From contig CAZEER010000002.1 of the NCBI GenBank assembly GCA_964511215.1, positions 1-59,494 on the forward strand: a DNA stretch of 59,494 bases, in the 5' to 3' direction. Below the pieces are notes generated by a model. That model searched no databases. It saw only the letters and a program-made list of their open reading frames with translations, and had not been told where the DNA came from. Position 1 is the first letter of the stretch. The number at the start of each line of letters is the position of its first letter. The stretch is from an uncultured bacterium (GTDB lineage Bacteria; Fidelibacterota; Marinisomatia; Marinisomatales; UBA1611). Below are positions 38,435 to 47,146 of this stretch, one piece after another. The position numbers were made by a program, and so were the translations under genes.

Positions 38435-40459
38435 ATGACTTTAGCTATTATTCAAGCCCGAGTTGGTTCCAGTCGTTTATGGGGAAAAGTATTAAAAAAA
38501 ATTGATGGTATTTCATTAATTGAGTTACTATTAAAACGCTTATCACAATCAGAAAAAGTTGATAAAATTATTGTGGCTACCAGCATAAATGTTGAAAATG
38601 ATTTATTATCAAAACTAGTAAAAGATCTAGGCTTTGATGTTTTTAGAGGTAGTGAGGAGGATGTCCTTGATAGATATTTTAATGCTGCAAAATTATTCAA
38701 TCCTTCAGCAATCATAAGAATAACGGGAGATTGCCCATTAATCGATCATTCAATAGTTGATTCAATGATTGAATGTTATTATGAAAATAAAGTTGATTAC
38801 TTAAGTAATATTGATCCTCCAACATACCCAGATGGTTTGGATATAGAAATATTTTCGTTTAAAGCTCTGAAAGTTGCATTTAATAATGCAACAAAACCAT
38901 ATGAAAGAGAACATGTAACCCCTTATATTCGAAAAAGTAAATCTCTAAAATTGTTGAACTTTTTTTATGAATCAGATCATTCACAAAAGAGGTGGACTGT
39001 TGATGATATGGACGACTTTGAGGTTGTGGAAAAAATTTTTAAACATTTTAATTATAATTATAATGTTTCTTGGACAGATGTATTACAACTTAGTACAACT
39101 AACCCTGAATATTTTTTTAAAAATAAATACTCACTTAGAAATCAAGGTTCAAAAATGAGTAAAGGAGAAAAGCTATATAAAAGGGCAAAAAAGATTATAC
39201 CTGGAGGCACAAGTTTATTGTCTAAGCGTCCTGAAATGTTTCTTCCTGATTTTTGGCCGACTTATTTTAGTAAAGCTAAGGGTGTTAATGTGTGGGATTT
39301 AGATTCTAAGAAATATATTGATATGTCTATAATGGGTATTGGTACTAACATTCTTGGGTATGGACATCTGGGTGTGGACAATGCAGTAAGGGAAGTAATA
39401 AATAAGGGTAACATGTCAACATTAAATTGTCCAGAAGAGGTCGAATTAGCAGAACGTTTAATTGCATTACACCCCTGGGCTGATATGGTGAGGTTCGCAC
39501 GTACAGGAGGAGAGGCTAATGCAATGGCTATTAGGATTGCTAGAGCAGCGTCAGGGAAAGACAAAGTTGCGGTATGTGGGTACCATGGATGGCATGACTG
39601 GTACCTAGCAGCAAACCTCAATGAAGATAATAACTTGGATGGACATTTGATTCCAGGGTTAATACCAAATGGTGTTCCTAAAGCCTTACAAGGTTCAGTA
39701 GTCCCATTTGAATATAATAACTTTAATAACTTAGAGGAAATTACGAATACAAATGATATTGGAATCATTAAAATGGAAGTGTCACGAACTATTGGTCCTG
39801 AGGCCGGCTTTTTGGAATCTGTTCGTAAACTAGCTGATGAAAAGAATATTATATTGATTTTTGACGAATGCACATCAGGTTTTAGAGAAACATTTGGTGG
39901 ATTACATAAAAAATTTAATGTAAATCCAGATATCATGATGTTGGGTAAAACGCTTGGTAATGGCTATGCAATTACTACTGTTTTAGGGAGAGAGGAAATA
40001 ATGAAGTACGCCCAAGATACCTTTATTAGTAGCACCTTTTGGACAGAGCGAATTGGTCCAGTAGCAGCACTACAGTCTCTTAAAGAAATGGAAAAAGAGA
40101 AATCTTGGGAAAAAATTACAAAAACTGGTGAGGTAATTGTTAAAAAATGGAAAGTACTTGCAAATAAATACCAACTCCCAATAACCATCACTGGTTTACC
40201 AGCTTTATCCTCTTTTACCTTCCCATTGAAAAATTGGCTTAAATATAAAACTTTTATAACCCAAGAAATGTTGAATAAAGGCTATTTAGCATCAAATAGT
40301 ATATATACCTCAATTGAGCATAAAAATGATATTATTGTTGAATATTTTAGTAACTTGGATCCTGTTTTTGGAATGATTGCGGATTGTGAAAATGGTCGAG
40401 ATATTGATGAATTATTAAAAGGGCCAATATGCCATGAGGGCTTTAAGAGGTTAAATTGA
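38435..40459 (+). CDS. fusion: SpsF/PseF-like cytidylyltransferase domain (aa 1-240) + class-III aminotransferase, glutamate-1-semialdehyde aminomutase-like (aa 241-674)
   Basis: LAIIQARVGSSRLWGKVL and ITGDCPLID (CTP_transf_3 type). Then IPGGTSLLSKRP, TGGEANAMAIRIARA, DECTSGFR, MLGKTLGNG (PLP lysine). An in-frame ATG at 39155 marks the junction, with no stop between the domains. Confidence 0.75.
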   Translation: MTLAIIQARVGSSRLWGKVLKKIDGISLIELLLKRLSQSEKVDKIIVATSINVENDLLSKLVKDLGFDVFRGSEEDVLDRYFNAAKLFNPSAIIRITGDCPLIDHSIVDSMIECYYENKVDYLSNIDPPTYPDGLDIEIFSFKALKVAFNNATKPYEREHVTPYIRKSKSLKLLNFFYESDHSQKRWTVDDMDDFEVVEKIFKHFNYNYNVSWTDVLQLSTTNPEYFFKNKYSLRNQGSKMSKGEKLYKRAKKIIPGGTSLLSKRPEMFLPDFWPTYFSKAKGVNVWDLDSKKYIDMSIMGIGTNILGYGHLGVDNAVREVINKGNMSTLNCPEEVELAERLIALHPWADMVRFARTGGEANAMAIRIARAASGKDKVAVCGYHGWHDWYLAANLNEDNNLDGHLIPGLIPNGVPKALQGSVVPFEYNNFNNLEEITNTNDIGIIKMEVSRTIGPEAGFLESVRKLADEKNIILIFDECTSGFRETFGGLHKKFNVNPDIMMLGKTLGNGYAITTVLGREEIMKYAQDTFISSTFWTERIGPVAALQSLKEMEKEKSWEKITKTGEVIVKKWKVLANKYQLPITITGLPALSSFTFPLKNWLKYKTFITQEMLNKGYLASNSIYTSIEHKNDIIVEYFSNLDPVFGMIADCENGRDIDELLKGPICHEGFKRLN

Positions 40460-40662
40460 AAAAAAGAAAAAATAAAGATTTGCAATATTATCTAGATATT
40501 ATTGATCAAATTGAAAAGGTGAGGACAAAAAATAATGTCAATTGGATGGATCTACTCCGACTCGCATTTATTCATGCTCCAGATGAAGCAAAATTATTAA
40601 TGAAGAAAATTGATCATGACGATAATCAGATTTCGAGATTAGTAAAAAAGCTTTCAGAATAA
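40456..40662 (+). CDS. hypothetical small protein (68 aa)
   Basis: TTGA overlap with the upstream gene and a tight fit between neighbours. No family recognised. Confidence 0.4.
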   Translation: MKKRKNKDLQYYLDIIDQIEKVRTKNNVNWMDLLRLAFIHAPDEAKLLMKKIDHDDNQISRLVKKLSE

Positions 40663-40675
40663 TTTTATAGAATTA

Positions 40676-41167
40676 ATGATTAAGACTGATAATTCTTTTA
40701 AGCTCAGAAATGTATATAACTCAGATAAAAATCAATTATTTGAGTGGGCGAATGATATTGAAACAAGAAAGTGGTCTTTCCATTCTGAGGCTATTACGGT
40801 ATTAGAACATAAAAAATGGTTTAATAGTAAATATATTGATAAAAATGTGATATTATGGATATTTGAATACGAAAACACTTCTTCAGGGTTAGTGAGGTTA
40901 GAAAAATACAATGGGAAAGTTATTCTTCACTATCAAATAGCTCCAGAAATGAGAGGGAAAAAATTGGCGAGTGTTATGCTAGGGGAAGCATTAAAAAAAT
41001 TAAAAAAATGCTGGTTGGAAAATGAAGTGTATGCATTTACATATCCTGAGAATTTAGCATCAATTAAATCTTTGAAAAAAGCTGGCTTCAATCTCTTTAG
41101 TGATGATGGAGGCAAACATTGTTATCTTTATAGATGGAGTAACAAGATTAAAATAGAACAAAAATGA
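40676..41167 (+). CDS. pseH: GNAT N-acetyltransferase, PseH-like
   Basis: LFEWANDIETRKWSF...EHKKWF N-terminal pattern and MRGKKLASVML motif A. Position directly before pseI. Confidence 0.6.
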   Translation: MIKTDNSFKLRNVYNSDKNQLFEWANDIETRKWSFHSEAITVLEHKKWFNSKYIDKNVILWIFEYENTSSGLVRLEKYNGKVILHYQIAPEMRGKKLASVMLGEALKKLKKCWLENEVYAFTYPENLASIKSLKKAGFNLFSDDGGKHCYLYRWSNKIKIEQK

Positions 41168-42210
41168 TACACATTGGTAATCAAAAAATAGGTCTAGATC
41201 AGAAACCTTTTGTGATAGCGGAAATGTCAGGGAATCATAATCAATCATTGGAAAAAGCTTTGAAAATTACCGAGGCAATAGCTAGGTGTGGAGCAGATGC
41301 AATCAAACTTCAAACTTATACTGCAGATACATTGACGCTTGATATAAAAGAGAATGAATTTCTAATAAAAGATGAAAAAAGTATTTGGAAAGGAAAGGCG
41401 CTATATGATTTATATAAGGGTGCCTACACACCGTGGGATTGGCATGAGCCTATTATGCATAAAGCAAATGATCTTGGTCTAATGTGTTTTAGTACTCCAT
41501 TTGATGAAACAGCAGTAGATTTTCTTGAGGATTTAAACGTTCCGGCCTACAAAATTTCATCTTTTGAAAATATACATTTACCCTTAATTAAAAAAGTTGT
41601 TTCAACAGGAAAACCTATTATTATATCAACTGGTATGGCTAGTCTTTCTGATATTGAAGAAATAACAAATATTTTAAAATATGGTTCAATTGATAACTTT
41701 GTATTATTGAAATGTTCAAGTACATATCCTGCTGCCACTAAAGACAGCAATGTAATTACTATACCCTATATGCGAAAACTATTTTCATGTGAGGTTGGTT
41801 TATCAGATCATACTTTAGGTCTTGGTGCTTCTATAGCTGCTATAGCTCATGGTGCGACTGTAATTGAAAAACACTTTACCTTATCAAGAGATGATGGAGG
41901 TGTAGATGCTGCTTTTTCAATGGAGCCTGAAGAAATGAAACAATTAATTACTGAATTAAATCGTGCTTGGGAGTCTCTTGGTGATGTTAATTTTGGTCCA
42001 ACAGAAAATGAAAAAAACTCACTGCAGTTTCGACGATCCTTGTACATTTCAGAGGATATAAAAAATGGTGAACTACTAAATGAAAAAAACCTAAGAATAA
42101 TTAGGCCGGGTTTAGGTCTCCATCCAAAGTTTTTTGATATTATTTTGGGTATGAAGGTAAACCGTGATGTGAAGAAAGGAACCCCAGTTAGTTGGGATTT
42201 AATCAGGTAA
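41164..42210 (+). CDS. pseI: pseudaminic acid synthase (NeuB family with C-terminal SAF domain)
   Basis: PFVIAEMSGNHNQSLEKA, IKLQTYTADTLT, YKISSFE, GLSDHTLG, IEKHFTLSR. ATGA overlap. Confidence 0.85.
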   Translation: MIHIGNQKIGLDQKPFVIAEMSGNHNQSLEKALKITEAIARCGADAIKLQTYTADTLTLDIKENEFLIKDEKSIWKGKALYDLYKGAYTPWDWHEPIMHKANDLGLMCFSTPFDETAVDFLEDLNVPAYKISSFENIHLPLIKKVVSTGKPIIISTGMASLSDIEEITNILKYGSIDNFVLLKCSSTYPAATKDSNVITIPYMRKLFSCEVGLSDHTLGLGASIAAIAHGATVIEKHFTLSRDDGGVDAAFSMEPEEMKQLITELNRAWESLGDVNFGPTENEKNSLQFRRSLYISEDIKNGELLNEKNLRIIRPGLGLHPKFFDIILGMKVNRDVKKGTPVSWDLIR

Positions 42211-42263
42211 TATAATATAAATACATTTATAACTTTATTTAATGGATTCAGATTACTATAGAT

Positions 42264-43505
42264 ATGAAACCAAAATTATCGGCTAAAGCAAACAAGTTCA
42301 AAAGATCAATTTCACCGGTAAGACAAATAATGAGCTATGCAGATCCTAACTATGTGAAAAGTATCGGAATAAATCCAGATCATTTAATTTCATTTGCTGG
42401 TGGCTGGGTAAACCATAAAGGTCCAAAAGAGTTACAAAGAGCTTATGAAGAAATTACTGTAAATAGTGAATTATTTCATCAATCTGGTGGTTATCCTCCT
42501 ACACTAGGAAATCTTGAGTTCAAAAAAGCTGTTATTGATTTCGAAAAATGCATATATGGCATGGATGATCTTGATGAAAATCAAATTGCTGTTGGGTTAG
42601 GATCTACACAACTGGCTATGGATTTATTAGAAGTTATTCTTAATCCTGGTGACAAGATTCTATTACTAGATCCATCATACTGTAATTACCCCACTCAAGT
42701 CATTACCGGTATTTTAGATGCAAGCATTTTACGTTTTCCTGTGTTAGATAATAGTACTTGGGAATATTTACCAGATACCATAATAAATCAATTCCATGAA
42801 TTTATACTAGAAAACAGACCAAAAATGATATTGTTAATATCGCCAGATAATCCTACTTCAAAAGTATTATCTAATAAATTTGTTACTGCTGCACTAGAAG
42901 CTGCAATTGAAATTGGTAGTTTTCTTGTTATTGATTTTGCTTATAAGGAAATTGTTTTTGATGAAGCATATCCTAAATACTACTCGTGGGGACCAAATGA
43001 TAATTTTATTTCCTTAAGATCTAACTCTAAGTGGTGTCGTGGGTTAGGTCGTCGATTGGGGTGGGTGGAAGCACCTGATTATGTGGTTGAATCAATGGAA
43101 TCTATTCAGAATTCTACAATATTGTGCCCAGACATGTTGCACCAGATGGCAATGACCAGCTATATCAAAACAGCTATAAACAATAATACATTGCTGACCT
43201 ATATCAAGGATATTAATAAACAGTATCAAACTGCCGCTAGACAAACTGTAGCGTCTATTAACAAAAACCTTGGTTTGCCTATATTAGAACCAGAAGGTGG
43301 TTTGTATACATGTATGAAAGTTAGTTGTGATGGCGGGAAGTTTGTTGATGATATGTTGAAAAATACTGGAGTATTATTTATACCTGGCTGGGGTTTTGGT
43401 AGATCAGTTAAGAATGCAGTAAGGATTTCATATGGCCCCCTAGTTAATGACATTGAAAAAATCAGTGTTGGTTTTAAAAGAGTTGCAGACTATTTAAACA
43501 AATGA
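42264..43505 (+). CDS. class I/II (aspartate-aminotransferase fold) PLP-dependent aminotransferase
   Basis: LDPSYCNYP, SPDNPTS, LRSNSKWCRGLGRRLGW (SxSK PLP-lysine motif). Confidence 0.8.
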   Translation: MKPKLSAKANKFKRSISPVRQIMSYADPNYVKSIGINPDHLISFAGGWVNHKGPKELQRAYEEITVNSELFHQSGGYPPTLGNLEFKKAVIDFEKCIYGMDDLDENQIAVGLGSTQLAMDLLEVILNPGDKILLLDPSYCNYPTQVITGILDASILRFPVLDNSTWEYLPDTIINQFHEFILENRPKMILLISPDNPTSKVLSNKFVTAALEAAIEIGSFLVIDFAYKEIVFDEAYPKYYSWGPNDNFISLRSNSKWCRGLGRRLGWVEAPDYVVESMESIQNSTILCPDMLHQMAMTSYIKTAINNNTLLTYIKDINKQYQTAARQTVASINKNLGLPILEPEGGLYTCMKVSCDGGKFVDDMLKNTGVLFIPGWGFGRSVKNAVRISYGPLVNDIEKISVGFKRVADYLNK

Positions 43506-44434
43506 GAAAAGTGTTAATAACTCGTCGGTTACCAAATATAGCAGAAAATATTCTTTCTAATAGCTTCGAGGTTAATCAAATAAAAGAGAATAAGCCGTTG
43601 AATCGTGAAAAATTAATCAGTGCAGTGCAAAAATATGATGCAATTTTGAGTACAGTGACCGAAAAATTTGATAGAACTGTATTATCAAAGAGTAAAAGAC
43701 TAAAGGTTATTTCAAATTATGCAGTTGGTCTAGATAACATTGACCGTGGCTTTGCTCAATCATTAGGTATAACAACATATAATACTCCAGATTCAGTAAC
43801 GAATAGTACTGCTGATCATACTTTGGCTTTATTATTATCATTGATTAGAATGATTCCTGCTGCGATGAAGTATGTGAAAAATGATAAATGGGAAATGTGG
43901 GATCCTGAAATATTTTTAGGAGAAGAATTAACAGGTAAGACATTAGGGATAATTGGTTTTGGTAAAATTGGACAGGCTGTAGCGCGCAGGGCTATAGGGT
44001 TCGGGTTAAAAATAGTTTACAATAATCATTCAATAAAAAATGTAGATCCTGCAATTCAACCATTTGTTAAGTCTTTAAAATTTAATGAAGTACTGCAAAG
44101 TGCAGATTATCTATCCTTGCACTTGCCTTTAACACATAAGACAAAAGAAATAATAAATAAGACAACGATTATGAAAATGAAAAAAAAGCCGATACTCATT
44201 AATATGGCTAGAGGAGACATTGTTAAAACAGATGATTTAGTTGAAGCTTTGAAATCCGGAAAAATTAGAGGCGCTGGACTTGATGTAACTTCTCCGGAAC
44301 CGCTTTCTGGTGATAATCCATTATGTCATCTAAACAATTGCATTGTAGTTCCCCACATAGGGACAGCTACTCAAGAATGCCGTAATAATATGGCGCGGTT
44401 AGCTGCTCAGAATATAATTAACCACTTTTATTAA
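43502..44434 (+). CDS. D-isomer-specific 2-hydroxyacid dehydrogenase (glyoxylate/hydroxypyruvate reductase-like)
   Basis: GKTLGIIGFGKIGQAVARRA, NMARGDIV, LDVTSPEP, PHIGTAT. ATGA overlap. Confidence 0.85.
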   Translation: MRKVLITRRLPNIAENILSNSFEVNQIKENKPLNREKLISAVQKYDAILSTVTEKFDRTVLSKSKRLKVISNYAVGLDNIDRGFAQSLGITTYNTPDSVTNSTADHTLALLLSLIRMIPAAMKYVKNDKWEMWDPEIFLGEELTGKTLGIIGFGKIGQAVARRAIGFGLKIVYNNHSIKNVDPAIQPFVKSLKFNEVLQSADYLSLHLPLTHKTKEIINKTTIMKMKKKPILINMARGDIVKTDDLVEALKSGKIRGAGLDVTSPEPLSGDNPLCHLNNCIVVPHIGTATQECRNNMARLAAQNIINHFY

Positions 44435-44444
44435 GATTAGCATT

Positions 44445-44702
44445 ATGAATGATGAACAGATTATTAAAAAATTGTCTGATATTTTTATTGATACTTTAGA
44501 TGTTACAAAATTTGAATTGAGTATAACAATGGATGAAATCCCTGAATGGGACTCATTGAAACATCTTCAGTTACTTTCATCCATTGAAGAGACTTTTGGA
44601 ATTGAAATACAATTTGAAGATGCATTAGAAATGATTTCAGTGAAATCAATAATGAGTAAAATAAAAAAGTATGTTGCGAAAGGTAAAAGTAATGATTTAT
44701 AA
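44445..44702 (+). CDS. acyl carrier protein
   Basis: 85 aa; phosphopantetheine site context EWDSLKHLQLL. Confidence 0.75.
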   Translation: MNDEQIIKKLSDIFIDTLDVTKFELSITMDEIPEWDSLKHLQLLSSIEETFGIEIQFEDALEMISVKSIMSKIKKYVAKGKSNDL

Positions 44703-46299
44703 AAATTTTTTGCTACCGCATCAGTTGATTAAGAATGATATTAATATACTTTACAAAAATATAGGAGAACTTTATGCTACAAAAGCAAATGAAACGCCAG
44801 ATAAAATATTTCTTATATGCCCAGGAAAACAAAAGGATACATTTTCATATAATAGTTTTAAGAATAAATATCTATTAGTTGCAAAGTATTTAACTCAGTT
44901 AGGGTTAACTAAAGGAAATCGATTCAATCTTATTTTCTCCAATTCACCTGAATTTTTATTATTTTATTTTGCTGGTTTGACCCTTGGTATTACGGTAGTT
45001 CCAATTAATCCAGATATTGCCCCTGAAGAAATGAAATATGTTATTGAGAATAGTCAATCAAAAGCTGTATTCTATCAATCAGAGTTGCATTTTAAAATAG
45101 AACAAATAATGAATAGTATTTCATCTAACGTTATCGTAAAAGCCATGCAACATATACCTGATTTTGAACCTTTAAAATTAAGTGATTTAGATGTTAAGAA
45201 ATTATCTATCCCAGAAATAGAATTAATAGATGAAGCTGTTATTATTTATACATCAGGCACTTCAGGTAATCCTAAAGGTGTGGTTTTATCACATTTAAAC
45301 CTGTTAGCTGATGCAAAAGCGATCTCAGAGTGGTTTCAATTCTCTACGGAGACTCGCACTTTATGCATCCTACCACTTTTTCATAATAATGGGCAAATAA
45401 CAACTTTTCTGGCGCCCCTTTATGCAGGTGGATCAACTGTAATTGTCAAAGGCAAAGCCAGCTTGATATCTTTCTGGGGTTTAGTTGAAAAATATAAAGC
45501 TTCTTGGACAAGTGTAATGGCATCGATCCTTTCTATTTTATTAAGCCTTCCAATAAAGAGAAAAGATAAAACACTTCAAGGTATTCTTTGTGGAGGACAA
45601 AAATTAACAAAAACAGCACAAGAAAAATTCGAAAGTAGGTTTGGAGTACCAATTTTTGAAGGTTATGGGCTTACTGAAACAACATCATTTTCATGCATAA
45701 ATAACTATCCTGAAAAAAAAAGGAAAATTGGTTCGATTGGAAAACCATTGCCAATAAATGAAATGAATATATTAGATAAAAATGGGAAAGAATTAGGGCC
45801 GAATATTGAAGGAGAAATATGCATACGTGGTTACAATGTAGCTTGTGAATACCTTGGTTTAATTGAGAAGAATAAGGAATCCTTTTCTAATGGTTGGTTT
45901 CACAGTGGTGATTATGGCAGGAAAGATGAGGATGGTTATTTTTATTTTCACGGAAGGAAAGATTCTCTAATTATTAAAGGAGGTGAAAATATATATCCCG
46001 CTGAATTGGAGAATGTTATATATAAACATCCCGCTGTTGCCGAGTGTGCAGTAATAGGAGTACCGGATCAATTATTAGGTGAGGATATCTGTGCTTTTGT
46101 TAAGTTTAATGAGAATACACGCGTTTCTAAACAAGAATTAAAAGATTTTTGTAAAGATAAAATAGCTGCTTATAAGCAGGCAAAAAGTATTATTATTATT
46201 GATGAATTAACAGATTTAGATGAAATACCAAAAGGTCCAACTAAAAAAATTCTTTACAGAAAACTTCAAAAATATTATACCAATAAGACTGAAATATAA
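44692..46299 (+). CDS. AMP-dependent acyl-CoA/acyl-ACP synthetase (adenylate-forming ligase)
   Basis: IIYTSGTSGNPKGVVLSH, GYGLTET, GWFHSGDYG, PKGPTKKILYR. The ORF opens at 44671; ATG 44692 (MIYKNF) overlaps the ACP stop by 11 nt and seems more likely. Confidence 0.85.
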   Translation: MIYKNFLLPHQLIKNDINILYKNIGELYATKANETPDKIFLICPGKQKDTFSYNSFKNKYLLVAKYLTQLGLTKGNRFNLIFSNSPEFLLFYFAGLTLGITVVPINPDIAPEEMKYVIENSQSKAVFYQSELHFKIEQIMNSISSNVIVKAMQHIPDFEPLKLSDLDVKKLSIPEIELIDEAVIIYTSGTSGNPKGVVLSHLNLLADAKAISEWFQFSTETRTLCILPLFHNNGQITTFLAPLYAGGSTVIVKGKASLISFWGLVEKYKASWTSVMASILSILLSLPIKRKDKTLQGILCGGQKLTKTAQEKFESRFGVPIFEGYGLTETTSFSCINNYPEKKRKIGSIGKPLPINEMNILDKNGKELGPNIEGEICIRGYNVACEYLGLIEKNKESFSNGWFHSGDYGRKDEDGYFYFHGRKDSLIIKGGENIYPAELENVIYKHPAVAECAVIGVPDQLLGEDICAFVKFNENTRVSKQELKDFCKDKIAAYKQAKSIIIIDELTDLDEIPKGPTKKILYRKLQKYYTNKTEI

Positions 46300-46334
46300 T
46301 TGTCTGAACGAAAAAATATTAAACTAAAAAATAA

Positions 46335-47144
46335 ATGCTGGATGTGAAGAAATCGATTGAAGAAGTATTAAAAAAAATAGGTATAGAAGAAGGTGATATT
46401 GTTCTTATACATTCAGATTCTACGGCAATTAAGAAAATTACTGGTTTACAGTGGGCAAGAGTATTGAATTTAATTAATGATTGTTTTATAAATATGATAG
46501 GGGAGAGTGGAACACTTATAGTACCAACATTTAATTGGGATTTCTGTAAGGGCAAGACTTATTCTCACAAAACAACTCCATCTCAAGTAGGGATGTTTTC
46601 CAATTATGTGCTTTTTAATAAAAATTCCATACGTTCTTTGCATCCAATATATTCATTTGCTGGTATTGGGCCGGCAGCAAAAGATATTTTTTCAAATATT
46701 TCAAAGTCATCTTATGGGAAAAATTCTGTTTTTCATAAACTTCATCAAAAGAATGCGAAAATCATTTCATTTTGTATTGATCCCAATATTATGGGTAGGG
46801 GTTATACAACCACCTTTATACATTATGTTGAGCAAATGAAATCGATTGATTATCGGTTCATAAAGCATTTTAGTGGCACGGTTAATCTGGGTGATATAGA
46901 ATATGATGACATTTTTGATTTATATGTTCGTTTTAAAGATGATCCTGTGGAACTTGACGGGAAGAAGATTCTCCACCAATTGCTAAATACCAGAAAATTA
47001 AAAAGAGAATTTATTGATGATATATATCCCGTAAGTCAGATTAGCTGTAATGACTTATATGATGAGATAATGAAAATGCTTTATGAAGCTCCATATTCAT
47101 TACTTCAAAATCCACCTAAAAAATCTCAAAGGAGTGTGAACTGA
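46335..47144 (+). CDS. AAC(3)-fold (aminoglycoside 3-N-acetyltransferase family) N-acyltransferase
   Basis: GDIVLIHSDSTAI...GESGTLIVPTFNWDF pattern of the Antibiotic_NAT fold; 269 aa. Confidence 0.65.
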   Translation: MLDVKKSIEEVLKKIGIEEGDIVLIHSDSTAIKKITGLQWARVLNLINDCFINMIGESGTLIVPTFNWDFCKGKTYSHKTTPSQVGMFSNYVLFNKNSIRSLHPIYSFAGIGPAAKDIFSNISKSSYGKNSVFHKLHQKNAKIISFCIDPNIMGRGYTTTFIHYVEQMKSIDYRFIKHFSGTVNLGDIEYDDIFDLYVRFKDDPVELDGKKILHQLLNTRKLKREFIDDIYPVSQISCNDLYDEIMKMLYEAPYSLLQNPPKKSQRSVN

Positions 47145-47146
47145 TT

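Noticed and set aside
38967-39158. 63-aa + strand ORF in an alternative frame (likewise 46606-46839 and 50933-51127)
   Set aside because: They are nested inside well-supported CDSs in another frame. The sequences are hydrophobic or low-complexity with no start context.
39262-39936. 224-aa ORF on the minus strand
   Set aside because: It lies entirely antisense to the strongly motif-supported class-III aminotransferase domain (TGGEANAMAIRIARA, DECTSGFR, GKTLGNG). Its sequence is low-complexity, Ser/Pro/Ile-rich, with no recognisable family. It is a typical shadow ORF.
46335-47144. Calling the AAC(3)-fold gene (and the APH-fold domain at 14453-16093) antibiotic-resistance determinants
   Set aside because: Both are embedded, translationally coupled, in sugar biosynthesis modules with no mobile-element context. 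The fold families are broader than their resistance members.
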